A DNA stretch of 64,000 nt from Clostridium sp. CAG:440 (GTDB lineage Bacteria > Bacillota > Clostridia > TANB77 > CAG-508). The notes under the pieces were generated by a model. It was not told the DNA's origin. It did not search any database and saw only the letters and a program-made list of their open reading frames with translations. Shown here in pieces: positions 1 to 10,206 of this stretch (the stretch's first letter is position 1; each line of letters begins with the position of its first letter). The position numbers and the translations under genes are program-made. The stretch spans positions 11,547 through 75,546 of the forward strand of contig FR898629.1 of the NCBI GenBank assembly GCA_000437215.1, read 5' to 3'.

Positions 1-29
1 CATTTTTTTAGAAAGGGGTAAGTTTATAA

Positions 30-737
30 ATGGAAACAAGAGAACAAAATCTAAACTATGCAACAAGTATAATTACAAATTTAGCCCCAGCAAGAGAAAT
101 AGAAAATGAAGAAAAAATATTATATAAAACAATAAAAAGAACTATAGATATTATTGGAGCAATTATTGGATGTATATTATTAATACCACTAACGGTAGTT
201 GTATATATAGCAAACTTAATTACCAAAGGGGACAATGGACCAATATTTTACATACAAAAAAGAATTGGACAAGATGGAAAAATGTTTAGAATATACAAAT
301 ATAGAACAATGGTAGTAGGTGCAGATAAAAAACTAAAAAAATATTTAAAGGAAAACCCTGAGGCTGCAAAAGAATATAAAGAATATAAGAAATTAAAAGA
401 AGATCCAAGAATAACAAAAATTGGAAAAATATTAAGAAAAACAAGTCTAGATGAATTTCCACAATTTATTAATGTACTAAAAGGAAAAATGAGCATAGTT
501 GGACCAAGACCATATTTATTTAAGGAAAAAAAGGATATGGGTGAATATTATAAAAAAATTATAAAATGTAAACCTGGTCTTACTGGAATATGGCAGGTTA
601 GTGGAAGAAGTGATGTTACTTTTCAAGAAAGATTAAATATGGATATAGAATATCTAAATACAAGATGTACTAAATTAGATATAAAATTAATTTTAAAAAC
701 ATTTACAAAAATATTCAAAAAAGAAGGGGCAATATAA
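30..737 (+). CDS. Priming sugar-phosphate transferase (bacterial sugar transferase family, WbaP/EpsL-type)
   Basis: 235-aa ORF with one N-terminal TM helix. Carries family motifs DEFPQFINVLKGKMSIVGPRP and LTGIWQVSGRS. A purine-rich RBS precedes the ATG. Confidence 0.85.
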   Translation: METREQNLNYATSIITNLAPAREIENEEKILYKTIKRTIDIIGAIIGCILLIPLTVVVYIANLITKGDNGPIFYIQKRIGQDGKMFRIYKYRTMVVGADKKLKKYLKENPEAAKEYKEYKKLKEDPRITKIGKILRKTSLDEFPQFINVLKGKMSIVGPRPYLFKEKKDMGEYYKKIIKCKPGLTGIWQVSGRSDVTFQERLNMDIEYLNTRCTKLDIKLILKTFTKIFKKEGAI

Positions 738-738
738 A

Positions 739-1527
739 GTGAAAAATACAAAAATAATAATTGCAACACATAAAAAATATAAAATGCCAAATGACAAAAT
801 GTATGTTCCTGTACAAGTTGGAAAAGAAGGAAAAGAAAATTTAGGGTATCAACCAGATAATGAAGGGGATAATATATCTTCAAAAAATCCTTATTTTTGC
901 GAACTTACAGGACTATATTGGGCATGGAAGAATTTAAGTGCCGACTATATAGGTTTAACCCATTATAGAAGGCATTTTTCTGTTAGTAAAAAACTTCCAA
1001 AAGATATAAAAGGAAGAATAAACAATGTAATAACAGGTAATGATGTAGACCAAATATTAGATAATACAGACATAATATTACCTAAAAAAAGGAAATATTA
1101 CATAGAAAATCTATATTCTCATTATAAAAATACAATGCATGTTGAACCACTTGATGAAACAAGAAAAATCATAGAAAAAAAATATCCAAAATATTTAGAT
1201 GAATTTGATAAATTACACAAGAGAACATCAGCACATATGTTTAATATGTTTATAATGAAAAAAGAGCTTTTAGATGCATATTGCACTTGGCTATTTGATA
1301 TTTTATTTGAATTAGAAAAAATAGTTCCGCCAGAAAAATATGATAATTTTCATGCTAGATATCCGGGGAGAATTAGCGAACTTCTATTAGATGTTTGGAT
1401 TAATACAAATAATTTGAGCTACAAAGAAGTAAGAGTTATTGATATAGAAAAAGTAAATTGGTTTAAGAAAGGTTTTGCCTTTTTAATGGCTAAATTTACA
1501 AAGAAAAAATATGAGAAGAGTTTTTAA
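739..1527 (+). CDS. DUF4422-type putative glycosyltransferase (often linked to galactofuranose addition)
   Basis: 262-aa ORF with a GTG start 2 nt after the upstream stop. The motifs IIATHKKY...VPVQVG and YCELTGLYWAWKN resemble DUF4422. glf lies in the same locus. Confidence 0.6.
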   Translation: MKNTKIIIATHKKYKMPNDKMYVPVQVGKEGKENLGYQPDNEGDNISSKNPYFCELTGLYWAWKNLSADYIGLTHYRRHFSVSKKLPKDIKGRINNVITGNDVDQILDNTDIILPKKRKYYIENLYSHYKNTMHVEPLDETRKIIEKKYPKYLDEFDKLHKRTSAHMFNMFIMKKELLDAYCTWLFDILFELEKIVPPEKYDNFHARYPGRISELLLDVWINTNNLSYKEVRVIDIEKVNWFKKGFAFLMAKFTKKKYEKSF

Positions 1528-1529
1528 AA

Positions 1530-2552
1530 ATGAAGGATTTAATAAGTATAATTGTTCCAATATATAATGTAGAAAAATATTTGAATAAATGCATTGAAAG
1601 CATAGTAAATCAAACATATGAAAATATTGAAATCATACTAATAGATGATGGTTCTAATGATAATTCTGGAATAATTTGTGATGAATATGCTAAAAAAGAT
1701 AATAGAATAATTGTTGTACATAAGGAAAATGGAGGGGTAAGTTCTGCAAGGAATAAAGGTCTAAAAATTGCCAAGGGTGAATGGATTTCTTTTGTAGATG
1801 CAGATGATTGGATAGAACAAACTTTTTGTCAAACCTTATTAAATAAAGTTACTCAAGAGCAAGCAGATATTGCTTTATGTGGCTATAATAGGATTACAGA
1901 TAATCGAATAGAAAAAATTAACGCAAACAACCAAGAAGTTTTTTTAAACTCAAATGAATATTTAGTAAAATCTTTAAATCCTCAAACTGGATTTGGATTT
2001 TGTCATATGAAGTTAATAAAAAAAGAGGTTTTAAAAAGTATTTCTTTTAATGAAAGAATAGAAGTGGGAGAAGATGCATTATTTAATATTCAATTATCAA
2101 CATATATAAAAAAAGCTGTTTTTTTAAAACAGCCATTATATAATTATAGAATTAACAATCAGTCAGTGGTAAAAAGATATGATGAAAATTATGCAAATAA
2201 ATACTTAAAATCAATGAAAATAATTGAAGAATATATTTGGCAAGAATATAACGAGGAAAATGAAGAAAATATTGAAATAAAACAAAACTACTATAATTTT
2301 GTGGCATATCACATTATGCTAATTATTGTAAATTATTGTTATCATCCTGATAATAAAATGTGTAATGCACAAAGAAAAAATATGCTTAAAGAAGTAATTA
2401 ACAATGATTTATTTATCATTGGATTAAAAAAAAGTAATTATAATAATATTTCATTAACAAGAAAAATAACTTTATATACTTTAAAACATAAATTGTATTG
2501 GTTAACTGCAATTATATGCAAAATTAGGCAAAAACAGAATAGAAAAAAATGA
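1530..2552 (+). CDS. Family 2 glycosyltransferase
   Basis: N-terminus ISIIVPIYNVEKYL...DDGSNDNS...FVDADD is the classic GT2 DXD architecture. Confidence 0.85.
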   Translation: MKDLISIIVPIYNVEKYLNKCIESIVNQTYENIEIILIDDGSNDNSGIICDEYAKKDNRIIVVHKENGGVSSARNKGLKIAKGEWISFVDADDWIEQTFCQTLLNKVTQEQADIALCGYNRITDNRIEKINANNQEVFLNSNEYLVKSLNPQTGFGFCHMKLIKKEVLKSISFNERIEVGEDALFNIQLSTYIKKAVFLKQPLYNYRINNQSVVKRYDENYANKYLKSMKIIEEYIWQEYNEENEENIEIKQNYYNFVAYHIMLIIVNYCYHPDNKMCNAQRKNMLKEVINNDLFIIGLKKSNYNNISLTRKITLYTLKHKLYWLTAIICKIRQKQNRKK

Positions 2553-2555
2553 GGT

Positions 2556-3692
2556 ATGAGTATGAAAAAAATTTTAGTATTTGGGATTACAGAAAATCCA
2601 GGAGGGATAGAAAGTGTTATAATGAATTATTATAGACACATTGATCGAAAAAAAATTCAATTTGATTTTTTATGCAATACAGAAAAAGTGTCTTATGAGA
2701 AGGAAATTAATGCTTTAGGTGGAAAAATTTATAGAATTACTGCAAGAAGTCAAAATACAAAAAAATTTAAAAAAGATATGGAAAATTTTTTTGTTAAACA
2801 TGCTAATGAATATTTTGCAATATGGGTTAATGTATGTAGCTTGGCAAATATTGATTACTTAAAATATGCAAAAAAATATGGAATAAGTAAAAGAATAATA
2901 CATGCACATAATTCACAAAATATGGATTCCTTTCTTAGAGGGATATTACATAGATTTAATAGAATACTTATTGGTAGATATGCTACTGATTTTTGGACAT
3001 GTTCAGATGAAGCTAGTAAATGGTTTTATTCAAAAAAAATAATAAATAGTTCAAAATATGTAATTATAAAAAATGCTATTAATTGTGATATATATAAATT
3101 TGATAAAGAAATTAGAGATAATTATAGAAAACAATTTAATATAGAAAGTGATGAATTAGTTATAGGAAATGTTGGAAGAATGCACTTTCAAAAAAATCAA
3201 GAATATATAATTAAAATTTTTAATGATATCAATAAATCAATACCTAAATCAAAACTTTTTTTAGTTGGAGATGGACCTGATAAAGGAAAAATTGAAAAAT
3301 TAATTAAAGAATATAAACAACAAAATAATATAATACTTCTAGGAGTTAGAGATGATGTAAATTGCTTAATGCAAATGTTTGATGTATTTCTTTTTCCATC
3401 CTTATTTGAGGGGTTGCCTTTAGCACCGATAGAAGCACAGGCTGCATCTTTACCAGTATATTTATCAAAGGGAAGGATTAGTAGCAAAGTAATTATAAAT
3501 AAAAAACTTATACATTTTATTGATTTAGATGAAGGAGCTAATAGATGGGCTAATATAATTATAAATACATATAAAAATTATGATAGAAATTTACTGGATA
3601 TGGACTTGATAAGAAAATCTGGCTACGATATTATTACAGAAGCACAAAAATTAGAAAGATTGTTAGTGAAAGAAGGGAAATATGAAAAATAA
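2556..3692 (+). CDS. Family 1/4 glycosyltransferase (GT-B fold)
   Basis: The C-terminal motif FLFPSLFEGLPLAPIEAQAASLPV is typical of GT4 enzymes. Confidence 0.8.
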   Translation: MSMKKILVFGITENPGGIESVIMNYYRHIDRKKIQFDFLCNTEKVSYEKEINALGGKIYRITARSQNTKKFKKDMENFFVKHANEYFAIWVNVCSLANIDYLKYAKKYGISKRIIHAHNSQNMDSFLRGILHRFNRILIGRYATDFWTCSDEASKWFYSKKIINSSKYVIIKNAINCDIYKFDKEIRDNYRKQFNIESDELVIGNVGRMHFQKNQEYIIKIFNDINKSIPKSKLFLVGDGPDKGKIEKLIKEYKQQNNIILLGVRDDVNCLMQMFDVFLFPSLFEGLPLAPIEAQAASLPVYLSKGRISSKVIINKKLIHFIDLDEGANRWANIIINTYKNYDRNLLDMDLIRKSGYDIITEAQKLERLLVKEGKYEK

Positions 3693-5640
3693 AAAATTAC
3701 CAGCTTTTTTAATTTTTTATGTAGGCTATTTATTTTTGCTTATAACAGATGTGTGCAAAGAAATAAATTTCATAAGCAATAATCAAAGATACATAACTAT
3801 TATAGGATATATTCTAATATTAATTTATATAGCTATGAATTTTAGAACAAATAAAAAAATACAACATAAACCAACTTATATATATATTGCTTTTTTTATA
3901 ATAGCCATAATATCGTGGATTTTTACTAATAATTTTACAGTTATAAGATTGTTATTGTTAGTTGCGGCTTTATATACAATTGAGTTTGATAAGTTTATAA
4001 AAGTTGATGTTGCAATGAAAATATTATTAACAGTATTGCTTATTTTTTTACCATTATTAGGGATTATAGAAAACAATTATTTATTACGTCAAGATCATTC
4101 GGTAAGATATTCATTTGGATTTAATCACCCTAATAGTTTAAGTATATATATTATAATGATATTATTTGAGACTGTGTATATAATCTATAAAAACAATAAT
4201 ATTAAGTTATATAAAATTATTACTTTTGGAATTGTACCAATATTAGTGGGATTTATTTATTTTGTAGCAAACTCAAGAATGTCAGCTTTGTCATTACTTG
4301 TATTTTATGTATTAAATATACTTTATTATTGTACACCAGAAAAGATTAGGATGAAATTTAAAAAAAGTCAAAATATAAAATGTATTGTAATTAACCTATT
4401 TGGAATTTTTACTTTATTAACAATATTTACTGTTATTTTATCATATTCAAATATTGACATTTTATCGAAGCTTGATAAGATCTTTAGTAATAGATACTCT
4501 AATTATATAATATTTATTAATAAATTTGGTATTTCTTTATTTGGAACTGAAATACCAGTTAAGTTAGGATATGGTGAATATTTAGATAATATGTATTTAA
4601 AATTATTAATAAATCAAGGAGTATTACAGTATATACTTTATTATATTATATTTTATCGTTCATCAAAAAAAGCTTATCAGAAAAATGATTATTTATATCT
4701 ATTAATATTAAGTATAATATTATTTGAAGGTTTTACAGAAACAAATATGATTATGCCAACTATTAATATTTTTATTCTTTATTTTGTTGCCGGGAATGGT
4801 AAATTTGAGTTAAAAAACCAAATAAATAAAGGAGGAGAGGAAAGCAAAATGGTTAAAAAAATTAATTTAGATGAAATACATCAAATAGAACTTGAAATTA
4901 TTAATGATATTGATAGAGTATGCAGGGAAAACAATATAAAATACACCATCATTGGAGGTACACTTATAGGAGCTGTTAGACATAAAGGCTTTATACCATG
5001 GGATGACGATATTGATATTGCAATGCCAAGGAAAGATTATGAAAGATTTATTGAAATATACAATTCAAATAAAAAAGAACAATTTTCTATATTTGAAAAA
5101 AGATTAAATAATGATTATTATTATCCTTTTGTAAAAGTGTCAGATAATAGGACATGCTTAAGAGAAAAAAATTACAAGGAAATTAAGAATTTAGGGGTAA
5201 ATGTTGATGTTTTTCCCATTGATAAAGTTTCAACATCTAATTTAGATATAAAACTAAAGAAAATAGAATTTTATTGTAAGGGATTAAGTAAATGCTTTTC
5301 TAAACAAAAAGAAGTTACTCCATCAATCCTAAAAAGATTTCTAAAAAATATAATATTTTTTAGAGATTATAAGTTTTATTTAAATAAAATTGAAAAATTA
5401 GCTATGAAAGACAATAACAAGATATGTGATCTTGCAGGTGTTTTAGTTAATGGTACAGGAAAGAAAGATATATTTTCTGCTAAAATATTTGAGGAGTACA
5501 CAGATTTACAGTTTGACAATATAAAGTTAATGTCAGTTAAAGATTATGAGGCTTTTTTGAAGCATAGATTTGGAGATTATATGAAGTTACCACCAAAAGA
5601 GCAACAAGTGGCACATTTAAATGAAATATATTGGAAATAA
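3682..5640 (+). CDS. Fusion ORF: O-antigen polymerase/ligase-like polytopic membrane domain plus C-terminal LicD-family phosphotransferase domain
   Basis: Continuous 652-aa ORF. Residues 1 to about 385 are multi-TM with the loop FGFNHPNS. Residues about 390-652 carry the LicD motif GGTLIGAVRHKGFIPWDDDIDIAMPRKDYERF. An internal RBS GGAGGAGAGG lies 8 nt before the in-frame ATG at 4849. Confidence 0.7.
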   Translation: MKNKKLPAFLIFYVGYLFLLITDVCKEINFISNNQRYITIIGYILILIYIAMNFRTNKKIQHKPTYIYIAFFIIAIISWIFTNNFTVIRLLLLVAALYTIEFDKFIKVDVAMKILLTVLLIFLPLLGIIENNYLLRQDHSVRYSFGFNHPNSLSIYIIMILFETVYIIYKNNNIKLYKIITFGIVPILVGFIYFVANSRMSALSLLVFYVLNILYYCTPEKIRMKFKKSQNIKCIVINLFGIFTLLTIFTVILSYSNIDILSKLDKIFSNRYSNYIIFINKFGISLFGTEIPVKLGYGEYLDNMYLKLLINQGVLQYILYYIIFYRSSKKAYQKNDYLYLLILSIILFEGFTETNMIMPTINIFILYFVAGNGKFELKNQINKGGEESKMVKKINLDEIHQIELEIINDIDRVCRENNIKYTIIGGTLIGAVRHKGFIPWDDDIDIAMPRKDYERFIEIYNSNKKEQFSIFEKRLNNDYYYPFVKVSDNRTCLREKNYKEIKNLGVNVDVFPIDKVSTSNLDIKLKKIEFYCKGLSKCFSKQKEVTPSILKRFLKNIIFFRDYKFYLNKIEKLAMKDNNKICDLAGVLVNGTGKKDIFSAKIFEEYTDLQFDNIKLMSVKDYEAFLKHRFGDYMKLPPKEQQVAHLNEIYWK

Positions 5641-5658
5641 AGAAAGGAAGAATCAAAT

Positions 5659-6369
5659 ATGAATATTGCAATTATTTTTGCTGGGGGAAAAGGAACAAGG
5701 ATGAAGAATGCTAGTATTCCTAAACAATTTTTAGAAATATATGGTGTTCCAATTCTGATTAGAACATGTAAAGCATTTCAAAATAATAAAAACATTGATA
5801 AAATCGTAATAGTAACTCTAAGAGAATGGATTGAACAAACAAATAATATGCTAGAAAAATATAAAATTGATAAGGCAGAACATGTGATTGGAGGAGGAGA
5901 AACAGGACAATTATCAATATATGAGGGATTGAAATGTGTGAAAAAATTCTATGGAGATGACAATATTGTAATATTAAATGATGGAGTTAGACCATTTATA
6001 AATAACGAATTAATAGATGACAATATTAGTTCTGTTATAAAATATGGTTCATCAGTTTCAATTGTCAAAGCCACAGAAACAATATCTATAGTAGATAGTG
6101 AGGGGGAAATTCAATCAATTCCTAACAGGGATAACTGTGTTTTTATAAAAGCACCACAGAGTTTTTGGCTTAAAAATATTTTAGAATGTCATGAAAGAGC
6201 TTTAAAAGAAAATATTAAAAATTTTACAGATTCAGCAACAATGATGAACTATTATGGACAATCTTTACATACAGTAGAAACAGATTATAATAATATTAAA
6301 ATAACAACAATGAAAGATATAAAAATTGCTGAATCAATATTTGAACTACAATTTCTAGAAAATAAATAA
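5659..6369 (+). CDS. IspD/TarI-family cytidylyltransferase (CDP-alditol or CDP-polyol-phosphate synthesis)
   Basis: N-terminus IIFAGGKGTRMKNASIPKQFLEIYGVPIL plus a GGETGQLS motif, typical of IspD/TarI nucleotidyltransferases. Confidence 0.8.
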   Translation: MNIAIIFAGGKGTRMKNASIPKQFLEIYGVPILIRTCKAFQNNKNIDKIVIVTLREWIEQTNNMLEKYKIDKAEHVIGGGETGQLSIYEGLKCVKKFYGDDNIVILNDGVRPFINNELIDDNISSVIKYGSSVSIVKATETISIVDSEGEIQSIPNRDNCVFIKAPQSFWLKNILECHERALKENIKNFTDSATMMNYYGQSLHTVETDYNNIKITTMKDIKIAESIFELQFLENK

Positions 6370-6382
6370 CAAGAGGTAAAAA

Positions 6383-7894
6383 ATGAATAACCAAAAAACA
6401 AAAAATATTACACTTATTAATACGATTTTTTCATTATTATTACAAATAGTTACAATTATAAGCGGATTTATTATACCAAGATTGATATTGAAAACATTTG
6501 GCTCTGATGTAAATGGACTGGTTTCATCATTGAATCAATTTTTGAGTTATATATCACTAATAGAAGGCGGACTAACAGGGGTAGTATTAGCAAGTTTATA
6601 TAAACCTTTAGAAGAAAAAAACTATAATAAAGTTAGTGGAATTGTAAAAGCTACAAATAAATTTTTTAAAAAATTAGCAATTATATTTCTTGTTTATACT
6701 TTATTTTTGAGCATAATATATCCAATAGTTGTTACATCTAGCTTTTCATTTGAATTTATATGTTCTTTGACTTGGATTTTAAGTATAAATTTATTTATGC
6801 AATATTTTTTCTCTTTGACATGGAGAATTCTTTTGCAAGCGGATAAAAAGGTGGCATTGGTTTCTATTGTTCAAATTATTTGTATTATATTGAACACTAT
6901 TAGTGTTGTGATTTTAATTAATATATTTCCAGATATACACGTAGTTAAATTAGCTACTGCCATTATATATTTAATTCAACCTATAACATTTAATATTTAT
7001 ATTGAGAAACATTTTGATATAACTAAGAATGTAAAACCAGATAAGGAAGCAATTTCACAAAGGTGGAATGGATTTGGAATTAATACTGCAGCTTTCATAC
7101 ATAATAATACAGATATAATTTTATTAACAATTCTTACAAATCTAAAGGATGTATCTATTTATTCAATATATTATTTAGTTGTAAATGGTTTAAAAAGTTT
7201 AATTACATCAATATCTGCAGGAATAGTGCCAACACTTGGACATAGTCTTGCAAGAGATGATAAGGAGACAATAAATAAATTTTTTAATAAATATGAATTT
7301 ATAATATTACTTATAACTTTTATCTTTTTTACAATTGGAGGATTACTAATAACTCCTTTTGTTCAAATTTATACTTATGGTATAAATGATACTAATTATT
7401 ATCAACCTATTTTTGGATGGCTTATGATAATTGCAGAAATGTTATATTGTATTAGAGAACCATATTTGCAAGTTGCATATAGTTCAAATAAATTTAAGGA
7501 AATTAGTAAGTATGCATATATAGAAGCTGGTCTTAATATTGCTATTTCACTTTTGTTAGTGCCTAAATTTGGAATTATTGGAGTTGCAGTTGGAACTCTT
7601 GTTGCAATGGCTTATAGGACAGGATTTCATATATGGTATTTAAAAAACAATATTTTAAATAGAAAAATTAAACACTCAATTAAAATAATAAGCATTTTTG
7701 CAATGGGATTAATAATTTCTGTAATATTATCTAATATATTATTTAAATTTATAGATGTTAATGTGATTTCTTGGATAGTTTATGCAATAAAAAATTCTAT
7801 TTTGGTTCTATTGATTTATTTTATTATTATTATTATTTTTTATAAAGATATTGTGAAAGAAATAATTAATAAAATAATACCATCAAGACATTAG
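6383..7894 (+). CDS. Polysaccharide flippase (Wzx, MOP superfamily)
   Basis: 503-aa highly hydrophobic ORF with many predicted TM segments, sitting in the polysaccharide locus. Confidence 0.75.
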   Translation: MNNQKTKNITLINTIFSLLLQIVTIISGFIIPRLILKTFGSDVNGLVSSLNQFLSYISLIEGGLTGVVLASLYKPLEEKNYNKVSGIVKATNKFFKKLAIIFLVYTLFLSIIYPIVVTSSFSFEFICSLTWILSINLFMQYFFSLTWRILLQADKKVALVSIVQIICIILNTISVVILINIFPDIHVVKLATAIIYLIQPITFNIYIEKHFDITKNVKPDKEAISQRWNGFGINTAAFIHNNTDIILLTILTNLKDVSIYSIYYLVVNGLKSLITSISAGIVPTLGHSLARDDKETINKFFNKYEFIILLITFIFFTIGGLLITPFVQIYTYGINDTNYYQPIFGWLMIIAEMLYCIREPYLQVAYSSNKFKEISKYAYIEAGLNIAISLLLVPKFGIIGVAVGTLVAMAYRTGFHIWYLKNNILNRKIKHSIKIISIFAMGLIISVILSNILFKFIDVNVISWIVYAIKNSILVLLIYFIIIIIFYKDIVKEIINKIIPSRH

Positions 7895-7954
7895 TTTAAT
7901 AAATCAACGAGGTAGAATTATTATATATTTATAAGTATTAAAAGGTGGATTAAA

Positions 7955-9080
7955 ATGGAAAGGATTCAAAATATAGTAATCAAAGGGAATGAACGGATGT
8001 AATCAAGAAAAGAATAGAATTATATATTTAGACATTGCAAGAACTTTTGCAATCATATTTGTTGTATTATGTCATAGTGTAGAGTTAATATATAAAATGA
8101 ATTTACAGGGATGGGTTTCAATTAGTTTAAATGCAAGAATTTTTAAAACAATTGTATTTACATTAGGAAGAATAGGTGTACCACTATTTTTATTCCTTAC
8201 AGGTTATTTATTATTGAATAAAAAATACGATAATGATGCAGACATAAAAAAATTTTATAAAAATAATTTATTATCTTTAATAGTAACAACAGAGGTATGG
8301 ATTTTGATTTATAATATTTTTTTGTCATTATACAATAATAAACCATTTGATACTTATTCATTAATAAAAGAAATGTTGTTTTTGCAAAAAGTACCACTTA
8401 TGAATATGTGGTATATGCCAATAATAATAGGTATATATATTGCTATTCCATATGTAAGTAAAGTAGTACATACATTTTCAATAAAAACATTAAAAATTCC
8501 AATAATATTAGTATTTGTTTGTATTTTTATTATGCCAACATTAAATTTAATATTAAAAACATTTAAATTAGATCAATATAATTGTATATTAGATATAAGT
8601 TTTTTAGGTGGAGGCTATGGATTGTATATAGTTGGTGGCTATTTAATAAGAGAAAAAATAATAAAAAAAATAAAAACAAAGTGGCTAGTGTTTACCAGTA
8701 TTTTATTTTTTATAATTTCTTGTTATATACAAATATTTGAACTTGAGCACAAGATTGAATATAATATTTGGTACAATTCACCTTTTATATTTATTTGTAC
8801 ATTTGCTTTATTTGAATTATTTACTAGAATAAATACAGATAATTTTAATAAATGGATTGTTAAAATTTTTACATATATTTCTAAAATAAGTTTATCAATA
8901 TTTTTTGTGCATATTATTGTAGAAATGATTTTAAGAAAATATGTAAAGATGATAAAAGTATCAAATCCAATAAAAGTACTTATTTTATTTATTGTATCTT
9001 TTTGTATTAGTATAATAATTACATGGATATTAAGCAAAATTAGTATAATAAGAAAAAAAGTATTATATATAAAAGATTAA
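7955..9080 (+). CDS. Acyltransferase family 3 (O-acetyltransferase); N-terminus frame-broken by an extra C at 7994
   Basis: Polytopic ORF with YLDIARTFAIIFVVLCHS. ATG 7955 has a good RBS (AAGGTGG) and runs in frame into the 7989 ORF if C7994 is skipped. ATG 7989 itself has no usable RBS spacing. Confidence 0.7.
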
Positions 9081-9090
9081 AGGAGAAAAA

Positions 9091-10188
9091 ATGGAAAATA
9101 ATATGCAAACAGATAAATCACAAGCCTCTCGCATATTATATTTAGATATTATAAAATGTATAAGTATTTTTTTAGTGGTTTTTTGTCATACACCGCTATT
9201 AAATAAAAATAGTGTTGTTGGCAATATTGCTATGATAATATGCTGGGGGGCTGTTCCATGTTTTTTTATGGTAACAGGTGCTATAATTTTAAATAAAGAG
9301 AAAAAATTTGATTTTAAAAGATATATAAATAAATTAATTTCTATTTATCTGATTATATGTATATGGAAAATAATTTATTTAATTTTTTATAACTTTTTTG
9401 GTTATATAAAAATCAATGCATTCTCAAAGGGACAAATTATAAATTATATATTACTTTTTTCTTCGTTAAAAGGGATACCTGTTGGACATTTTTGGTTTAT
9501 GTATGTATATTTGTCTATATATATAATTTATCCAATGTTTAATTTATGCTTTAAGAATTTTAATGATTATAAAAATTTATTAATATTTTTACTTTTGGCA
9601 ATATTTATAATTTCAATACTTCCTCAAACGTTTGGGCTAATTTTAAAGTATTTTAATATAAACAGTATTAATTTTAATGAAATAATAAATGTAAATCCAT
9701 TTGGAAAGTATTCCCATATGTTATTTTATTTTTTATTTGGTGGCTTTTTATACAAATATAATTTATATGAAAAATGTAAAAAAAATAAAATAATATCATG
9801 TATATCTATTGTATTAATTATTATTGGAATAATAGGATTAATGTTAGTAAAAAAATATTATGCAAATACATTCGAATGGCAAGGAATATATTTAAAAGAT
9901 GGATACAAATGGTTTTCTACAGTATTGTTATCTATAGGGTTATTTGTTTTTTTACAGGGAAGAAAGTATAAATTCAAATATTTAAATAAAATTTTAAGCT
10001 ATATTGGGAAAAATACAATGGGAATTTTTTATTTACATATTTTAGTAATACAGTTATTAATGAAAATTGATATTGTTCAACGAGGTACATTAGTTAATAC
10101 TTTAAAAACAATTATTGTAGTATTTATTTCAGCAATTATAACTACTTTATTAAAAAAGATACCAGTAATAAAAAAATTAGTTCAATAA
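9091..10188 (+). CDS. Acyltransferase family 3 (second, tandem copy)
   Basis: YLDIIKCISIFLVVFCHT plus about 10 hydrophobic segments. Paralogous architecture to the upstream gene. Confidence 0.75.
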   Translation: MENNMQTDKSQASRILYLDIIKCISIFLVVFCHTPLLNKNSVVGNIAMIICWGAVPCFFMVTGAIILNKEKKFDFKRYINKLISIYLIICIWKIIYLIFYNFFGYIKINAFSKGQIINYILLFSSLKGIPVGHFWFMYVYLSIYIIYPMFNLCFKNFNDYKNLLIFLLLAIFIISILPQTFGLILKYFNINSINFNEIINVNPFGKYSHMLFYFLFGGFLYKYNLYEKCKKNKIISCISIVLIIIGIIGLMLVKKYYANTFEWQGIYLKDGYKWFSTVLLSIGLFVFLQGRKYKFKYLNKILSYIGKNTMGIFYLHILVIQLLMKIDIVQRGTLVNTLKTIIVVFISAIITTLLKKIPVIKKLVQ

Positions 10189-10206
10189 ATCAAGGGAGGT
10201 AAAATC

